Below are positions 1 to 11,873 of a DNA stretch of 64,000 nt, in pieces; within the stretch, counting starts at the first letter, position 1, and each line of letters begins with the position of its first letter. A program made the position numbers and the translations under genes. The DNA lies in the NCBI GenBank assembly GCA_963796455.1, contig CAWCLO010000001.1, positions 864,001 to 928,000 of the forward strand. The letters are read 5' to 3'. Source of the DNA: Candidatus Sulfomarinibacteraceae bacterium (GTDB lineage: Bacteria > Acidobacteriota > Thermoanaerobaculia > Thermoanaerobaculales > Sulfomarinibacteraceae). Under the pieces are notes generated by a model, which worked only from the letters and a program-made list of their open reading frames with translations, was not told the origin of the DNA and ran no database searches.

Positions 1-1
1 C

Positions 2-1030
2 GGCCACAGCTACATCATCTATGGTCCCCTCGCGAACGGCGCCACAACGGTGATGTTCGAATCGGTTCCCACCTACCCCGATCCCGGACGCTACTGGCAG
101 GTGGTCGATGATCTCGGAGTCAATATCTTCTATACCGCCCCCACCGCCCTCCGCGCCATCATCTGTTCGGGCAATGAGTACGTGACCAGGTACTCACGCG
201 AGAGTCTTCGCATCCTCGGAACCGTCGGCGAGCCCATCAACCCCGACACCTGGACCTGGTATCACGACGTGGTCGGGAACGGCCGTTGTGCGGTGGTCGA
301 CACCTGGTGGCAGACCGAAACCGGCGGCATCCTCATCACACCCCTACCCGGCGTGACGCCGCTCAAACCGGGCTCGGCAACCCTTCCGTTTTTTGGCATC
401 AAACCAGCACTTGTTGACGACGAAGGCCGGCTCCTGGTCGAGACCGAGAGCAGCGGCAACCTCTGCCTCGAGCGCACCTGGCCAGGGCAGGCGAGGACGG
501 TGTGGGGCGACCACGAACGTTTTCACGAAACCTATTTCACCCAATTTCCCGGACTCTATTTCACCGGCGACGGGTGCCGCCGCGATGCCGACGGTTACTA
601 CTGGATCACCGGCCGGGTCGATGACGTCATCAACGTTGCAGGCCATCGTCTCGGAACTGCCGAAATCGAAAGCGCACTGGTCGAACACGAGGCCGCTGCC
701 GAGGCCGCAGTTGTCGGTTATCCCCACCCCATCAAGGGCCAGGGGATTTTTGCTTTCGTGTTCCTCAATGACGATCTGCGGGGCAGCGACCCGCACGAGT
801 TGACCGGAGCGCTCAAGGAGCAGGTCCGGCACGTCATCGGCCCCATCGCAACACCCGACGAGATCCTGATGGTCGACGCGCTGCCAAAAACCCGTTCGGG
901 CAAAATCATGCGCCGTATTCTGCGTTGTATCGCGGCCGGTGAATATAACGACATGGGAAATGTCACGACCCTGGCCGATCCGTCGGTTGTCGAGACGCTG
1001 ATCAAGGCGCACAAGGGGATGAAGGGATAG
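2..1030 (+). CDS. acs: Acetyl-CoA synthetase, C-terminal part (5' end outside window)
   Basis: Motifs [58 protein letters not shown]. Confidence 0.95.
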   Translation, partial: GHSYIIYGPLANGATTVMFESVPTYPDPGRYWQVVDDLGVNIFYTAPTALRAIICSGNEYVTRYSRESLRILGTVGEPINPDTWTWYHDVVGNGRCAVVDTWWQTETGGILITPLPGVTPLKPGSATLPFFGIKPALVDDEGRLLVETESSGNLCLERTWPGQARTVWGDHERFHETYFTQFPGLYFTGDGCRRDADGYYWITGRVDDVINVAGHRLGTAEIESALVEHEAAAEAAVVGYPHPIKGQGIFAFVFLNDDLRGSDPHELTGALKEQVRHVIGPIATPDEILMVDALPKTRSGKIMRRILRCIAAGEYNDMGNVTTLADPSVVETLIKAHKGMKG

Positions 1031-1189
1031 CCCTTCATCCTCGATGCTGGATGCTGGATCACTCGTGCCCAGGTGCGAGTTTCGGACAGCGATCAGGGAC
1101 AGCGACGGTGAACGGCAGACAGCGTCAGCAAACAGGAGTCAGCGGCAGCGACCAGCGGCCGGGGCAGCGACAGCGCCAGCCAACACCAA

Positions 1190-1305
1190 TCAATCCGTCG
1201 GGTCCAACAACCGCCAGGTCTTCGCACGGACTTGATCGCGATTCCTGCTGCTTCGAGGGCTTTCGAGTGGGCGACGAGGTTGGTGTTCGTGGCGGCGTTG
1301 GACAT
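1190..1305 (-). pseudogene. Internally deleted four-helix-bundle protein gene
   Basis: N-terminus MSNAATNTNLVAHSKALEAAGIAIK is identical to 9498-9851 and is joined out of frame to DQVRAKTWRLLDPTD* (intact copy: DQVRAMTWRLLNPKF*). Confidence 0.9.
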
Positions 1306-1308
1306 GGT

Positions 1309-1438
1309 CACCTCCGGGTCGTTCATGCCCTTACCCGCAAGCCGGTGTGGTGGCCGATTTCAAGGATGCCCTGCACCCTGCCTGTCCTTGACATCGGCCG
1401 CCCACCGGCTACCCCTTCCTCTGAACGACCCGGAGGTG
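1309..1438 (-). promoter_or_regulatory. 130-nt hairpin covering the Shine-Dalgarno of the four-helix-bundle gene (copy 1)
   Basis: Perfect 17-bp IR CACCTCCGGGTCGTTCA (1309-1325) / TGAACGACCCGGAGGTG (1422-1438), plus nested stems GCCGGTG/CACCGGC and GGCCGAT..TCAAGGA/TCCTTGA..ATCGGCC. Confidence 0.75.
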
Positions 1439-1755
1439 GCCACTTCGTCGCCTGTACTCCTGACCGCCGCCGCTGATCACTGATCGCTGTTCCCTGTCGC
1501 TGGACGCGGTCGCTGTCCCTGTTCGCTGTTGCCTGTCGCTGCTAACTGTCGCTGCCGCTGCAATTCGGGCACAGACACGGACACGGGCACGGGCAACCGC
1601 GAACCGGATATGCCAACAACCAACCCGTAAACCACTTGTTGTCAGGTGGGTAACTTCACGTGACGATCTGTTTTGGACAGCGGTGATCCAGTATCCAGTA
1701 TCCAGTATCGCCCGTCCGCGCTACGATGAGACAACAGCAATGAATCGGAGGCACG

Positions 1756-3760
1756 GTGGCTGCCGACAAACGAACGACCCCTGTATTTGACGTCGATTTC
1801 CCGAGTTCCGATATCTTCGCGCGACCCGCCACCAGCCAGTGGCAGTCGGCAGCGCAGCAATCTCTCGGATCGCGGCCTATGGATTCATTGATTTCCAAGA
1901 CCTACGAGGGTCTCGATATCAAACCTCTCTATACCGCTGTTGACCGCCCGCCCGATCTTCCAGGCACCGAGGCAATCGGCGGCCGGCGATGGGAAACCTG
2001 CTGTGCGATCGATCTTCGCGAGGCCGAACAGGCGGTCGTCGAGTCGGCCCGAAGCCTCGCCCAGGGCGCGGATTCGTTGTGGCTCAAGATCGACCGCCGC
2101 AGCAGCAACTGGGATCGCATCACCCTTGGTGTGATGACCCGCTTGCTCGAAGTGGCGGATGGTGCGCCGATCTATCTCGACGGTCGCGGGGTCGCACCCG
2201 CCCTGGCCGCCCTCACCGCAGGAGCTGCGCAGCGGCTCGGGGTCGAAGGAGCCCGGATTCGAGGCGGCGTGGACTTTGACCCCCTCGGTACGCTGGCGGC
2301 CGACGGGACGCTGGCCTGGAGTCTCGAGGCGAGCTTCGATCTGATGGTCGAGTTGGCGAGGTGGGCCGACGAACAGGCGCCGAATATGCGAAGTATCGCG
2401 GTCTCGACGGTGCCTTACGTCAACGCGGGCGCAACAGCGGTGGATGAGCTGACCTATACAATCGCTACCGGCGTCGAGTACCTGCGCCAACTGGAACGTG
2501 GCGGGCTGCCGCTCGAGAGTTGTTCCCGTCAGATCCGATTCGTGACGGCCGTGGGACGCGATTTTTTTATGGAGATCGCCAAGTTGCGGTCCATGCGCAT
2601 CCTGTGGAGGAGGGTCATCGAGGCCTGCGGAATCGACGGCATTCCTTCGGACCCACCGATTCACGCCCTCACCTCACCGCGCTGTCTGACCGGGCGCGAT
2701 CCCTGGGTCAACCTGCTTCGCGGCACCAATGAATCTTTTGCCGCCATCGTGGGCGGCGCCGATATCGTCACTGTCCTCCCCTTTGACTCTGCCGTCGGGA
2801 GATCGGACGAGTCCGCCAACCGCATCGCTCTCAATACCAGCCATATCCTCAAAGAAGAGTGTCACCTCGATCGCGTGGCCGATCCGGCCTCGGGCAGTTA
2901 TTTTGTCGATTCCCTCACTCGGGATCTCGCCACAGCTTCGTGGCAGAAGTTTCAAGCCATCGAATCCGCGGGGGGCATGAGTAGCTACCTACGATCCGGC
3001 GCGGTGGCTCGCGAGCTCGCAGAAACCCTGGCCCGAAGACGGCAGGCGATCTCGACCGTTCGCGAACCGATTACCGGCGTCAGCACCTACGCAAACCTCG
3101 AAGAGAAGAGCCTTCCTCGCAAAAAGGAAAAGACTGCGGCCCGGCCGATGCCCGACGACGAGGCAACCGGTGTCTATCGCGCCGTGGCAGCAGAGGATGC
3201 CACCTTTGCAGCAGCCATCGGCGCCGCCGCCGGAGGCCTCGCTCTCCCGGAATTAATTGAAATTCTTCCCGGTCACATGCAACCGGAACGTCTCTCCCCT
3301 CTGGTCACGGAACGCGACTCGCGTCCCTTTGAAATACTGCGCGATCTGGCGGAACAACATCTACAGCGCGTCGGTACGAGACCGCGGGTTTTTGTCGCGG
3401 CTTTCGGCCCCTCGAGAGAGCACCGCGCGGCGGCCAACCTGGTTCAGAATCTCCTGGCCGCGGGTGGCATCGCGACCGCATTTGCCGAGGCCATCGATGA
3501 TTCGGCCACCGCGGTGGCGGCCTACTCGGCCAGCGGCAGCAGTTCCGCGATCATCTGCGTTGCACCCGAACGGGCCGGGGAGTATGTCCCCGAGTTGGCG
3601 AGGGCTCTCAAAGACCGCGGCGCGCGCCGGGTCTTGTTGGCGGCACCACCGGGTGCTCGGGACCCGGAATGGCAGAGTGCCGGGGTTGACGGTCTGATCT
3701 ACAAGGGTTGTGACGCGGTCAAGCTACTGGGCGAGCTGCTCGAAATCGAGGGGGTGCAAC

Positions 3761-3768
<8 letters not shown>
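1756..3768 (+). CDS. mutA: Methylmalonyl-CoA mutase small (beta) subunit
   Basis: [44 protein letters not shown]; degenerate B12 domain without DxHxxG; SD GGAGG before GTG; overlaps the large subunit. Confidence 0.9.
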
Positions 3769-5923
<2,155 letters not shown>

Positions 5924-5948
5924 CCTGGCTTGAACTCAGTCGGATCGT

Positions 5949-7233
5949 TCACTCTTCCTTTGGAAGCTCGGCTTCGTCACTCCAGTCGAACCACTCGATG
6001 TCGGTCACACCGGTGGATTCCGAGGTCAACAGCATGACGGCGCGGTAACCATCGGTGAACCAGGGGTCGCCGGTGAGATTCTGGCGCGGATCTTCTTTTG
6101 TGGCGGGTCCCACCCCACCCGTTCGTGCGAAGGCCTTCAGCGCCTGCGCGGCAATGAAGTCCTGGACAATCGACGACCGGGTCTCGTCCACGTTGGGGTC
6201 GATCCGGTGGGTGGTGAGCGTCTTGCTTTTCGACGTGAACCGACTCCCGATGTCGCGGCTGATCTGGCCGATGAAGACCGGCTTTCCGTTGGCGGTAATC
6301 GGCGCCAGCCACAACCGCAGGTGGTTGCGATAATGGATGTTGGAGCGCACTTTCTGGAGAGCCACATCCTGAGCCCTGCCATAGACATAGAGATTACTGA
6401 TGGGTGCGTAGCGGTAGGCGCCGCCAAAGATGCCGAAGACCCCGGTCTTCAACGCCGATCCCGTGCTCATGGCCGCCGTGGGATCCCACCCGGTTCGCAG
6501 AAAGGCCGGCCACACCGCGTCCGGGTCACCGATGATCACCAGATTGAGGGGATCGCCGGTCTTGGTTCCATCGCGGTTTTTGACCGTCTCGGGCTGCTCC
6601 TCGATCCACTTCTTGAAGTCTGATGCGTCCGTATAATCGATGATCTCCTGGTCCCCGTAAGATTTCGTGATAGATGTCGCCTTCGCCGAACTTGTGGTAG
6701 TCGGCGCGGAATCCAGGAATCTCGGTAACGAACTCCACATGAACCTGTTTCTCCTTGGAGAAAACTTCCACCAGAACCCATTTGACGCCTTTGCTTCGAT
6801 TGGTATAGACAAAGCCGTTCTTCGTCTCGCCGGGCGGAATCAAGAAGGACATATTGTTTTCGTAGTAGTAGTACTTTTTGGCGATGTTCGCCTTTTTGTT
6901 CCACGTCCAGCTGGTTTTCTGGGCCACCTCGAGGGGTGCGAAATAGTCGGGGTCCACGCTGCGCGGCATGAAGAGCATTTCCTCTTTGGTGTCATTCGTG
7001 ATTTCGATCCACACCGGCTGGATCTTCTTTTTGTAGAGCTTGCAGTCGAAGGCGGCCTTCGCCTCCTCAGCCGTAAGCACCACCACTGAAGCCGTCACGC
7101 CATCCTTGGTCTGGGTCGTCGCCCGCTCTTTGAAGCCCACGGCGTCGAAATCCATAGGGCTGAAGGTCTTGCAACCCGAGCCCAGAACAACGGCGAGCAA
7201 ACACATAAATACGAGTGATCGGTCGCTCTTCAT
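5949..7233 (-). CDS. Lipoprotein with LssY-like C-terminal domain; one frameshift near 6660
   Basis: Lipobox VLGSGC; ORFs 6526-7233 and 5949-6812 join at GDIY../..YGDQEIID; GDPLNLVIIG and RNHLRLW motifs. Confidence 0.7.
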
Positions 7234-7283
7234 GATTGTCCTCCACTGTGCATCGGCTCAAAAATACCACGGCGGCGGGGGGT

Positions 7284-8234
7284 TCAATCGTCGAGCTCCT
7301 CGCACGAAGCGTTCCCCACCGACGCTGCCACCCAACGAGGTTCGCGAGTGAAAACCACATCCATTGAAAGATTGCCGAAGTCCTTTGCCAAGGCCTCTTC
7401 GATGGCCACCCGGCATGCATCGAGATCTCCGAGATCAGGGTCGATCTCACGACCGCAGATCACGTAGAGCTGAACATAGGTGAAGCGACCGATCTGTTGC
7501 ATGCGAATTCTTGTGTCAATCGCAGCCTCGTCGCCGAGCACCGTGTGAACTGCCGCAATCGCCTGCTCCTGCAGGCGGCGATCCGGTGCCTTGCCGAGCA
7601 TTTGATTCCAGTTGTCGCGGATGATCCCGAACGGGATCGGCAGGCTGAGAATCACCAGAACGATCACAACCACCGGGTCCGCATAGGGCAGTAAGTGGGC
7701 GTAGACTGAACCCGCAAGCAGGAAGGTGATGACGAAGGCCACCGCAACCGCCACCGACATCAGACCGTCGATCAGCCAGTTCTTCGAGTCCACCGCCAGG
7801 ATGGGTGACCCTGTCTTTTTTGCCAGGTTTCGTTGCGACAGGGCGATCGAAAAACAGCCCACGGCCGCTACCACCGCATAGATCGAAGCCCACCCGGCTT
7901 GAACTTCGCGCCCTCCGGCAAGCAGAACCTGGATGGCGGAGACCAGGGCAAAAAGGGTGACAAAGACCATCAGAAGGCCCTTGGTCAGATTGAGCATCGG
8001 CTCGTAGGCCGCATAGCCGAAGTGGTAGTTGTCGTCGTCCGGGCGCCGAACGAGAGTAGCCACCCGGAGCGACACCAACCCGATGGCAAAGCCGATCAAC
8101 GAAAAGAGCCCATCGAGGAGCACGGCGTCCGACTGCGTCAGGATCGCGAACCCGATACCCAAAGCCGCCATGAAAAGGGCGCCGAGAATTGACAGCCAGA
8201 GACCCTTTTTCTCCAGAATTTCATTCTTCGTCAT
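7284..8234 (-). CDS. Cation diffusion facilitator (CDF) family transporter
   Basis: About 6 TM helices; SDAVLLDGLFS, PDDDNYHFGY..YEP, DSKNWLID, YADP. Confidence 0.88.
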   Translation of the reverse strand: MTKNEILEKKGLWLSILGALFMAALGIGFAILTQSDAVLLDGLFSLIGFAIGLVSLRVATLVRRPDDDNYHFGYAAYEPMLNLTKGLLMVFVTLFALVSAIQVLLAGGREVQAGWASIYAVVAAVGCFSIALSQRNLAKKTGSPILAVDSKNWLIDGLMSVAVAVAFVITFLLAGSVYAHLLPYADPVVVIVLVILSLPIPFGIIRDNWNQMLGKAPDRRLQEQAIAAVHTVLGDEAAIDTRIRMQQIGRFTYVQLYVICGREIDPDLGDLDACRVAIEEALAKDFGNLSMDVVFTREPRWVAASVGNASCEELDD

Positions 8235-8334
8235 GGCATCAGCATACCCGAGCGGTCGATCAGTATTGCCTCCCGCAGGTCATCCCACGTATGATTGTTG
8301 CAACAGAAGATCAATTGAGGATTCAAATATCTCC

Positions 8335-9342
8335 ATGCAACCGCGCAATCTGGCAATAAGCGACGCTCTTCGTGGCATACGGGACCGAGACCGTGCCGTT
8401 CTCGGAAAGGCCATCACCCTCGTCGAGTCGAATCTCGAGGCCGATCGATCGATCGCCCGGCAGCTGCTCACCCGCCTGCTCCCCCTCACCGGCGGTTCCT
8501 ATCGCATCGGCATCTCGGGTGTGCCCGGAGTCGGCAAAAGCAGTTTCATCGAGTCATTTGGGCTCCAGCTCATCGAGGCCGGTCACCGGGTGGCGGTGCT
8601 CGCTGTCGATCCCTCTTCATCGCTGTCCGGGGGATCGATCCTCGGTGACAAGACCCGCATGGAACGACTGGCGGCCCACGACGAGGTGTTTATCCGGCCC
8701 TCACCCACCGGTGGAACCCTCGGTGGTGTCGCCCGCAAGACCCGGGAGTCCATTCTGGTGTGTGAGGCGGCGGGCTACGACGTGGTGTTGGTGGAGACCG
8801 TCGGTGTCGGCCAGTCCGAGACCGCTGTCGCCGACATGGTCGATTTTTTTCTCGTTCTCAAACTCACCGGCGCCGGAGACGAGCTCCAGGGCATCAAACG
8901 CGGCATCCTCGAACTTGCCGATCTCATCTCCATCAACAAGGCGGACGGCGACAACCTGGAGGCTGCGGAAAATGCTCGCACCGAGTTCGAGCGAGCGCTC
9001 GATTTGCTGAGGTCAGAAGCCGAGAACGGATGGAAACCGAGGGTCGTGACCTCGAGCGGCCATACCGGCGACGGTCTCGACGAGATCTGGTCGATCATTC
9101 AGGAGCATCACACTCTTCTCAGCGAAAACGGTGAACTCAAAAATCTACGTCGCAGCCAGCTCATCGGTTGGATGTGGTCAATGGTCGACGAAGGTGTGCG
9201 GGTCGCGACTCGCGAACATCCGCGGGTCGCCGACAAGATTCAGGAACTCGAAAGCGAAATTCTCGCCGGCAAGATAGTTCCCACTGAAGCGGCAGAGAAG
9301 ATACTGGACGCACTCAACCTCGCACGGGGAGTGAAGGACTAG
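8335..9342 (+). CDS. meaB: Methylmalonyl-CoA mutase-associated GTPase MeaB
   Basis: GISGVPGVGKS, AVDPSS..SGGSILGDKTRM, VETVGVGQSE, GDELQGIKRG, INKAD. Confidence 0.95.
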   Translation: MQPRNLAISDALRGIRDRDRAVLGKAITLVESNLEADRSIARQLLTRLLPLTGGSYRIGISGVPGVGKSSFIESFGLQLIEAGHRVAVLAVDPSSSLSGGSILGDKTRMERLAAHDEVFIRPSPTGGTLGGVARKTRESILVCEAAGYDVVLVETVGVGQSETAVADMVDFFLVLKLTGAGDELQGIKRGILELADLISINKADGDNLEAAENARTEFERALDLLRSEAENGWKPRVVTSSGHTGDGLDEIWSIIQEHHTLLSENGELKNLRRSQLIGWMWSMVDEGVRVATREHPRVADKIQELESEILAGKIVPTEAAEKILDALNLARGVKD

Positions 9343-9497
9343 GGATTCAAGCGGGTCAAGAATCCAGCATCACGCTTGTGCAAGACAGGTTCCCGGACGG
9401 CGCTCAGGGACAGCGACGGGGAACAGCAGACAGCGTCAGCGAACAGTATTCAGGAACAGCGTTCAGCGTTCAGTCTGACTTGTATGGAGAACCGAAA

Positions 9498-9851
9498 TCA
9501 GAACTTTGGGTTGAGCAAACGCCATGTCATGGCACGGACCTGGTCAAAGGCATTCATCGCTTCGCAAGCTTGATTCCGGCTGATCGCCCCGGCGTGGGCG
9601 AGGAGCTGCAAGTGGCTGTCAACCTCTTTCGCCGAAGCGTAGGCGATCCTCCAGTGGTTCGAACGGTCTCTTCCGATTCGGCCGTGCCCTTCTGCCAGGT
9701 TCGCAGGGACTGACCTTGCCGACCGGATCACTTGATCGGCTATGGATTTCAGCGGCGCTGGAACCCTCATCACGAGCTTGATCGCGATCCCTGCTGCTTC
9801 GAGGGCTTTCGAGTGGGCAACGAGGTTGGTGTTCGTGGCGGCGTTGGACAT
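9498..9851 (-). CDS. Four-helix-bundle protein (23S rRNA IVP-like / Avd-like), 117 aa
   Basis: Signature ADQVIRSARSVPANLAEGHGR...HWRIAYASAKEV; SD GGAGGTG 3 nt before ATG at 9851. Confidence 0.92.
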   Translation of the reverse strand: MSNAATNTNLVAHSKALEAAGIAIKLVMRVPAPLKSIADQVIRSARSVPANLAEGHGRIGRDRSNHWRIAYASAKEVDSHLQLLAHAGAISRNQACEAMNAFDQVRAMTWRLLNPKF

Positions 9852-9854
9852 AGT

Positions 9855-9984
9855 CACCTCCGGGTCGTTCATGCCCATTCCCACATGCCGGTGTGGTGGC
9901 CGATGTCAAGGATGCCCTGCACCCTGCCTGTCCTTGACATCGGCCGCCCACCGGCTACCCCTTCCTCTGAACGACCCGGAGGTG
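9855..9984 (-). promoter_or_regulatory. 130-nt hairpin covering the SD (copy 2)
   Basis: 17-bp IR at 9855-9871 / 9968-9984; perfect 15-bp inner stem GGCCGATGTCAAGGA/TCCTTGACATCGGCC. Confidence 0.78.
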
Positions 9985-10240
9985 GCCACGCCGTCGCTCG
10001 CCTGATCGCTGCTCACGACCGCTGAATACTGAATACTAATCGCTGACCGCTGTTCCCTGTCGCTGCTCACTGTCACTGCCGCTGGACACTGATCGCTGCC
10101 CCTGAATACTGCCGCTGACCTCTGTCGCTGGCGCTGGACACTGTCGCTGCCGCTGCATTGCGGGCACGGGCGCGGGGGGACCCGCGAACCGGATATGCCA
10201 AACCCAACCCCTGAACCCTGAACCCTGAACCCTGAACGCG

Positions 10241-11803
10241 TTACCAGGGTTGATATTGGACCCGCAGGAGGAAGATGTCGGCCGAACCCCGATCCTTGGG
10301 GGCGGCATGGACATAGTTGAGTTCGACACGGGTTGTGGGGTTGAGGTACCAGTTGAGTCCGGCACTGATGTCGGTGAGTTGGCCGCCCTCGATCAGACCA
10401 TCGTTGAGATCGATGTTCGATATCCGACCGACAAGCTCCCACGATCCCCCGTTCTTCTTTTTGAAAGGATTTCCACCCCGGTACTTGTTGGTGTGCATAG
10501 CCCGGTCCCAGGTTGCGCTGTTTTTGCGGTAGGGTCTGCTCTCTCCGCTAAGAATCCAACCGACCTGAACATAGGATCCCCTGAAGGTGGGATCGCCGAC
10601 GACCTGGGCCGAAACCTGGCTTTCGATGTGCTCCGCCGCAATCCACAGCGGCCCCTGGATCGTAACGAACTCCACCGCCCACAGCAGCAGGTGACTGGCG
10701 TCGATTTTGCCGGTGTCTACGAGGTATCCGACAAACCGGGCCTCCGGCCGCGATCGATAGTGCGCACCCCCACTGGCTGGAGACCGCGAACTGAGCGAGG
10801 CGCCAACGTGGATGATCTTGCGTCCATTATCCCGGTACACCGGGTTGTAGGTCACTCGTCCAGTGATCGAAAGGGCCGACGCACTGGCGTTGGAGTCATT
10901 GCTTTGGCCGAAGGAAAAGAGCCCGGCCGCCCAGGTAAAACGTCCTTTGGCACCGGCGTCGTGCACCATCACGCCGGCGTTCGTCCCGGGCGAGATCGTC
11001 TGCACCGGCAGGGACCGTTCCAACAAGGGGGTGTGGTACGAACTCGCCTGTCGTTCGAAACCGAAAGGCTCCTTCATGAACCCGGCTCGGAGCTTGCCGA
11101 GGTACTTTCCCCAGACCTCGAGACCACCTTCGGAGCCCTCGATCCAGGCATCGGTAAAGCCCCAATCGGGGCCAAACTCAAAGGCGAGATTGGTGTTGAA
11201 ATTCTTAATGCGCCCGGCGGCAAAAAGTGAAAACCGGCGAATATCGAGGGTGGAATTGATGGGTGAGTAATACTCCTCGAAACGATCGTCGCTGGTGCCG
11301 GCCGTGCCGTCGATCTGGATCCTGCCACCGATCCTGAACTTGACCTGCCCGTCGAACAGACTGTAGCGGGCAATGCCCCGAACCCCGTTCATAAACCTAC
11401 CCCACTTGCTTTTCATCGGTTCGGGTTCGATTTCGTCGAGATCGAAGGGCGCATAGTCGGTGAATGCCACATCCCCGGGGTTGGTCACCTGTTCGCTTTT
11501 TGGAGTCGTTTCGTCATCCCCCCCGGACTTCGAGACCGGGGGTGCCGTCGGCGCCGGATCGGTGGCATCGACTCCCTCAGGTTCCTCCGTCGGCGTCGGC
11601 TCAACCACTTCAGCTGGAGTCGGCGCCGCCTCCGCTTCTGATGCAGGAACTTCGGTGGGTGCGGGCGAGGTTTCAGGGGTGGGTGTCGCCACAGGCGTAG
11701 GCCACGCCGGGGGGCTCTGCGCCTCGGCCACGGTACAAACCACGGCCGCAATACACAGCAGCATCATCAGAAAACCCGGAGGACAACCGGTTCGACATCT
11801 CAC
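10241..11803 (-). CDS. OprO/OprP-family porin with Pro/Thr/Glu-rich N-terminal linker (start uncertain)
   Basis: Signal peptide; GGRIQID, KEPFGFE, LERS, GSYVQVGWILSGE, AGLNWYLN, aromatic C-terminus. Confidence 0.85.
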   Translation of the reverse strand: MRCRTGCPPGFLMMLLCIAAVVCTVAEAQSPPAWPTPVATPTPETSPAPTEVPASEAEAAPTPAEVVEPTPTEEPEGVDATDPAPTAPPVSKSGGDDETTPKSEQVTNPGDVAFTDYAPFDLDEIEPEPMKSKWGRFMNGVRGIARYSLFDGQVKFRIGGRIQIDGTAGTSDDRFEEYYSPINSTLDIRRFSLFAAGRIKNFNTNLAFEFGPDWGFTDAWIEGSEGGLEVWGKYLGKLRAGFMKEPFGFERQASSYHTPLLERSLPVQTISPGTNAGVMVHDAGAKGRFTWAAGLFSFGQSNDSNASASALSITGRVTYNPVYRDNGRKIIHVGASLSSRSPASGGAHYRSRPEARFVGYLVDTGKIDASHLLLWAVEFVTIQGPLWIAAEHIESQVSAQVVGDPTFRGSYVQVGWILSGESRPYRKNSATWDRAMHTNKYRGGNPFKKKNGGSWELVGRISNIDLNDGLIEGGQLTDISAGLNWYLNPTTRVELNYVHAAPKDRGSADIFLLRVQYQPW

Positions 11804-11873
11804 CTGGTTATCCTATCGCAGTACTCCCGTTAAACGCTGTGCCCGGATCCTGAAATATGTCATATTGCTGCGC

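Larger units (their letters stand above)
1042..1710. mobile_element. Nested-palindromic intergenic element, family A copy 1
   Basis: Left end (GATGCTG)2GATCAC at 1043-1062 is inverted to right end GTGATC(CAGTATC)3 at 1683-1709. CAGCG-rich left arm, CGCTG-rich right arm. Both ends match 63212-63641. Mobility is inferred only from dispersed copies. Confidence 0.65.
9362..10237. mobile_element. Family A element copy 2, carrying the intact four-helix-bundle gene
   Basis: Left arm CAGGGACAGCGACGG..CAGACAGCGTCAGC as in copy 1; same 130-nt hairpin; CGCTG-rich right arm; CCGCGAACCGGATATGCCAA motif; ends in (CCCTGAA)4 at 10209-10236. Confidence 0.65.

Noticed and set aside
1051..1483. Small ORFs across family A arms (also 9906-10442, 44614-45209, 63174-63661)
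   Set aside because: Low-complexity Q/R/S translations of the repeat arms.
1596..1616. Sigma54 promoter in the conserved TTGGCATATCCGGTTCGC motif
   Set aside because: GG-to-GC spacing is 12 nt rather than the required 10.
6640..6680. Programmed frameshifts at single-shift genes (also ~12410, ~16770, ~36790)
   Set aside because: No slippery heptamer with a downstream structure is evident, and indel errors are common in this sequence.
9855..9984. Invertible promoter flanked by 17-bp IRs
   Set aside because: Both copies have the same orientation, the interior is itself palindromic and no recombinase is nearby; an RNA hairpin fits better. Not excluded without reads.
9362..10237. Diversity-generating retroelement
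   Set aside because: An Avd-like gene is present, but no reverse transcriptase and no TR/VR pair differing at adenines.
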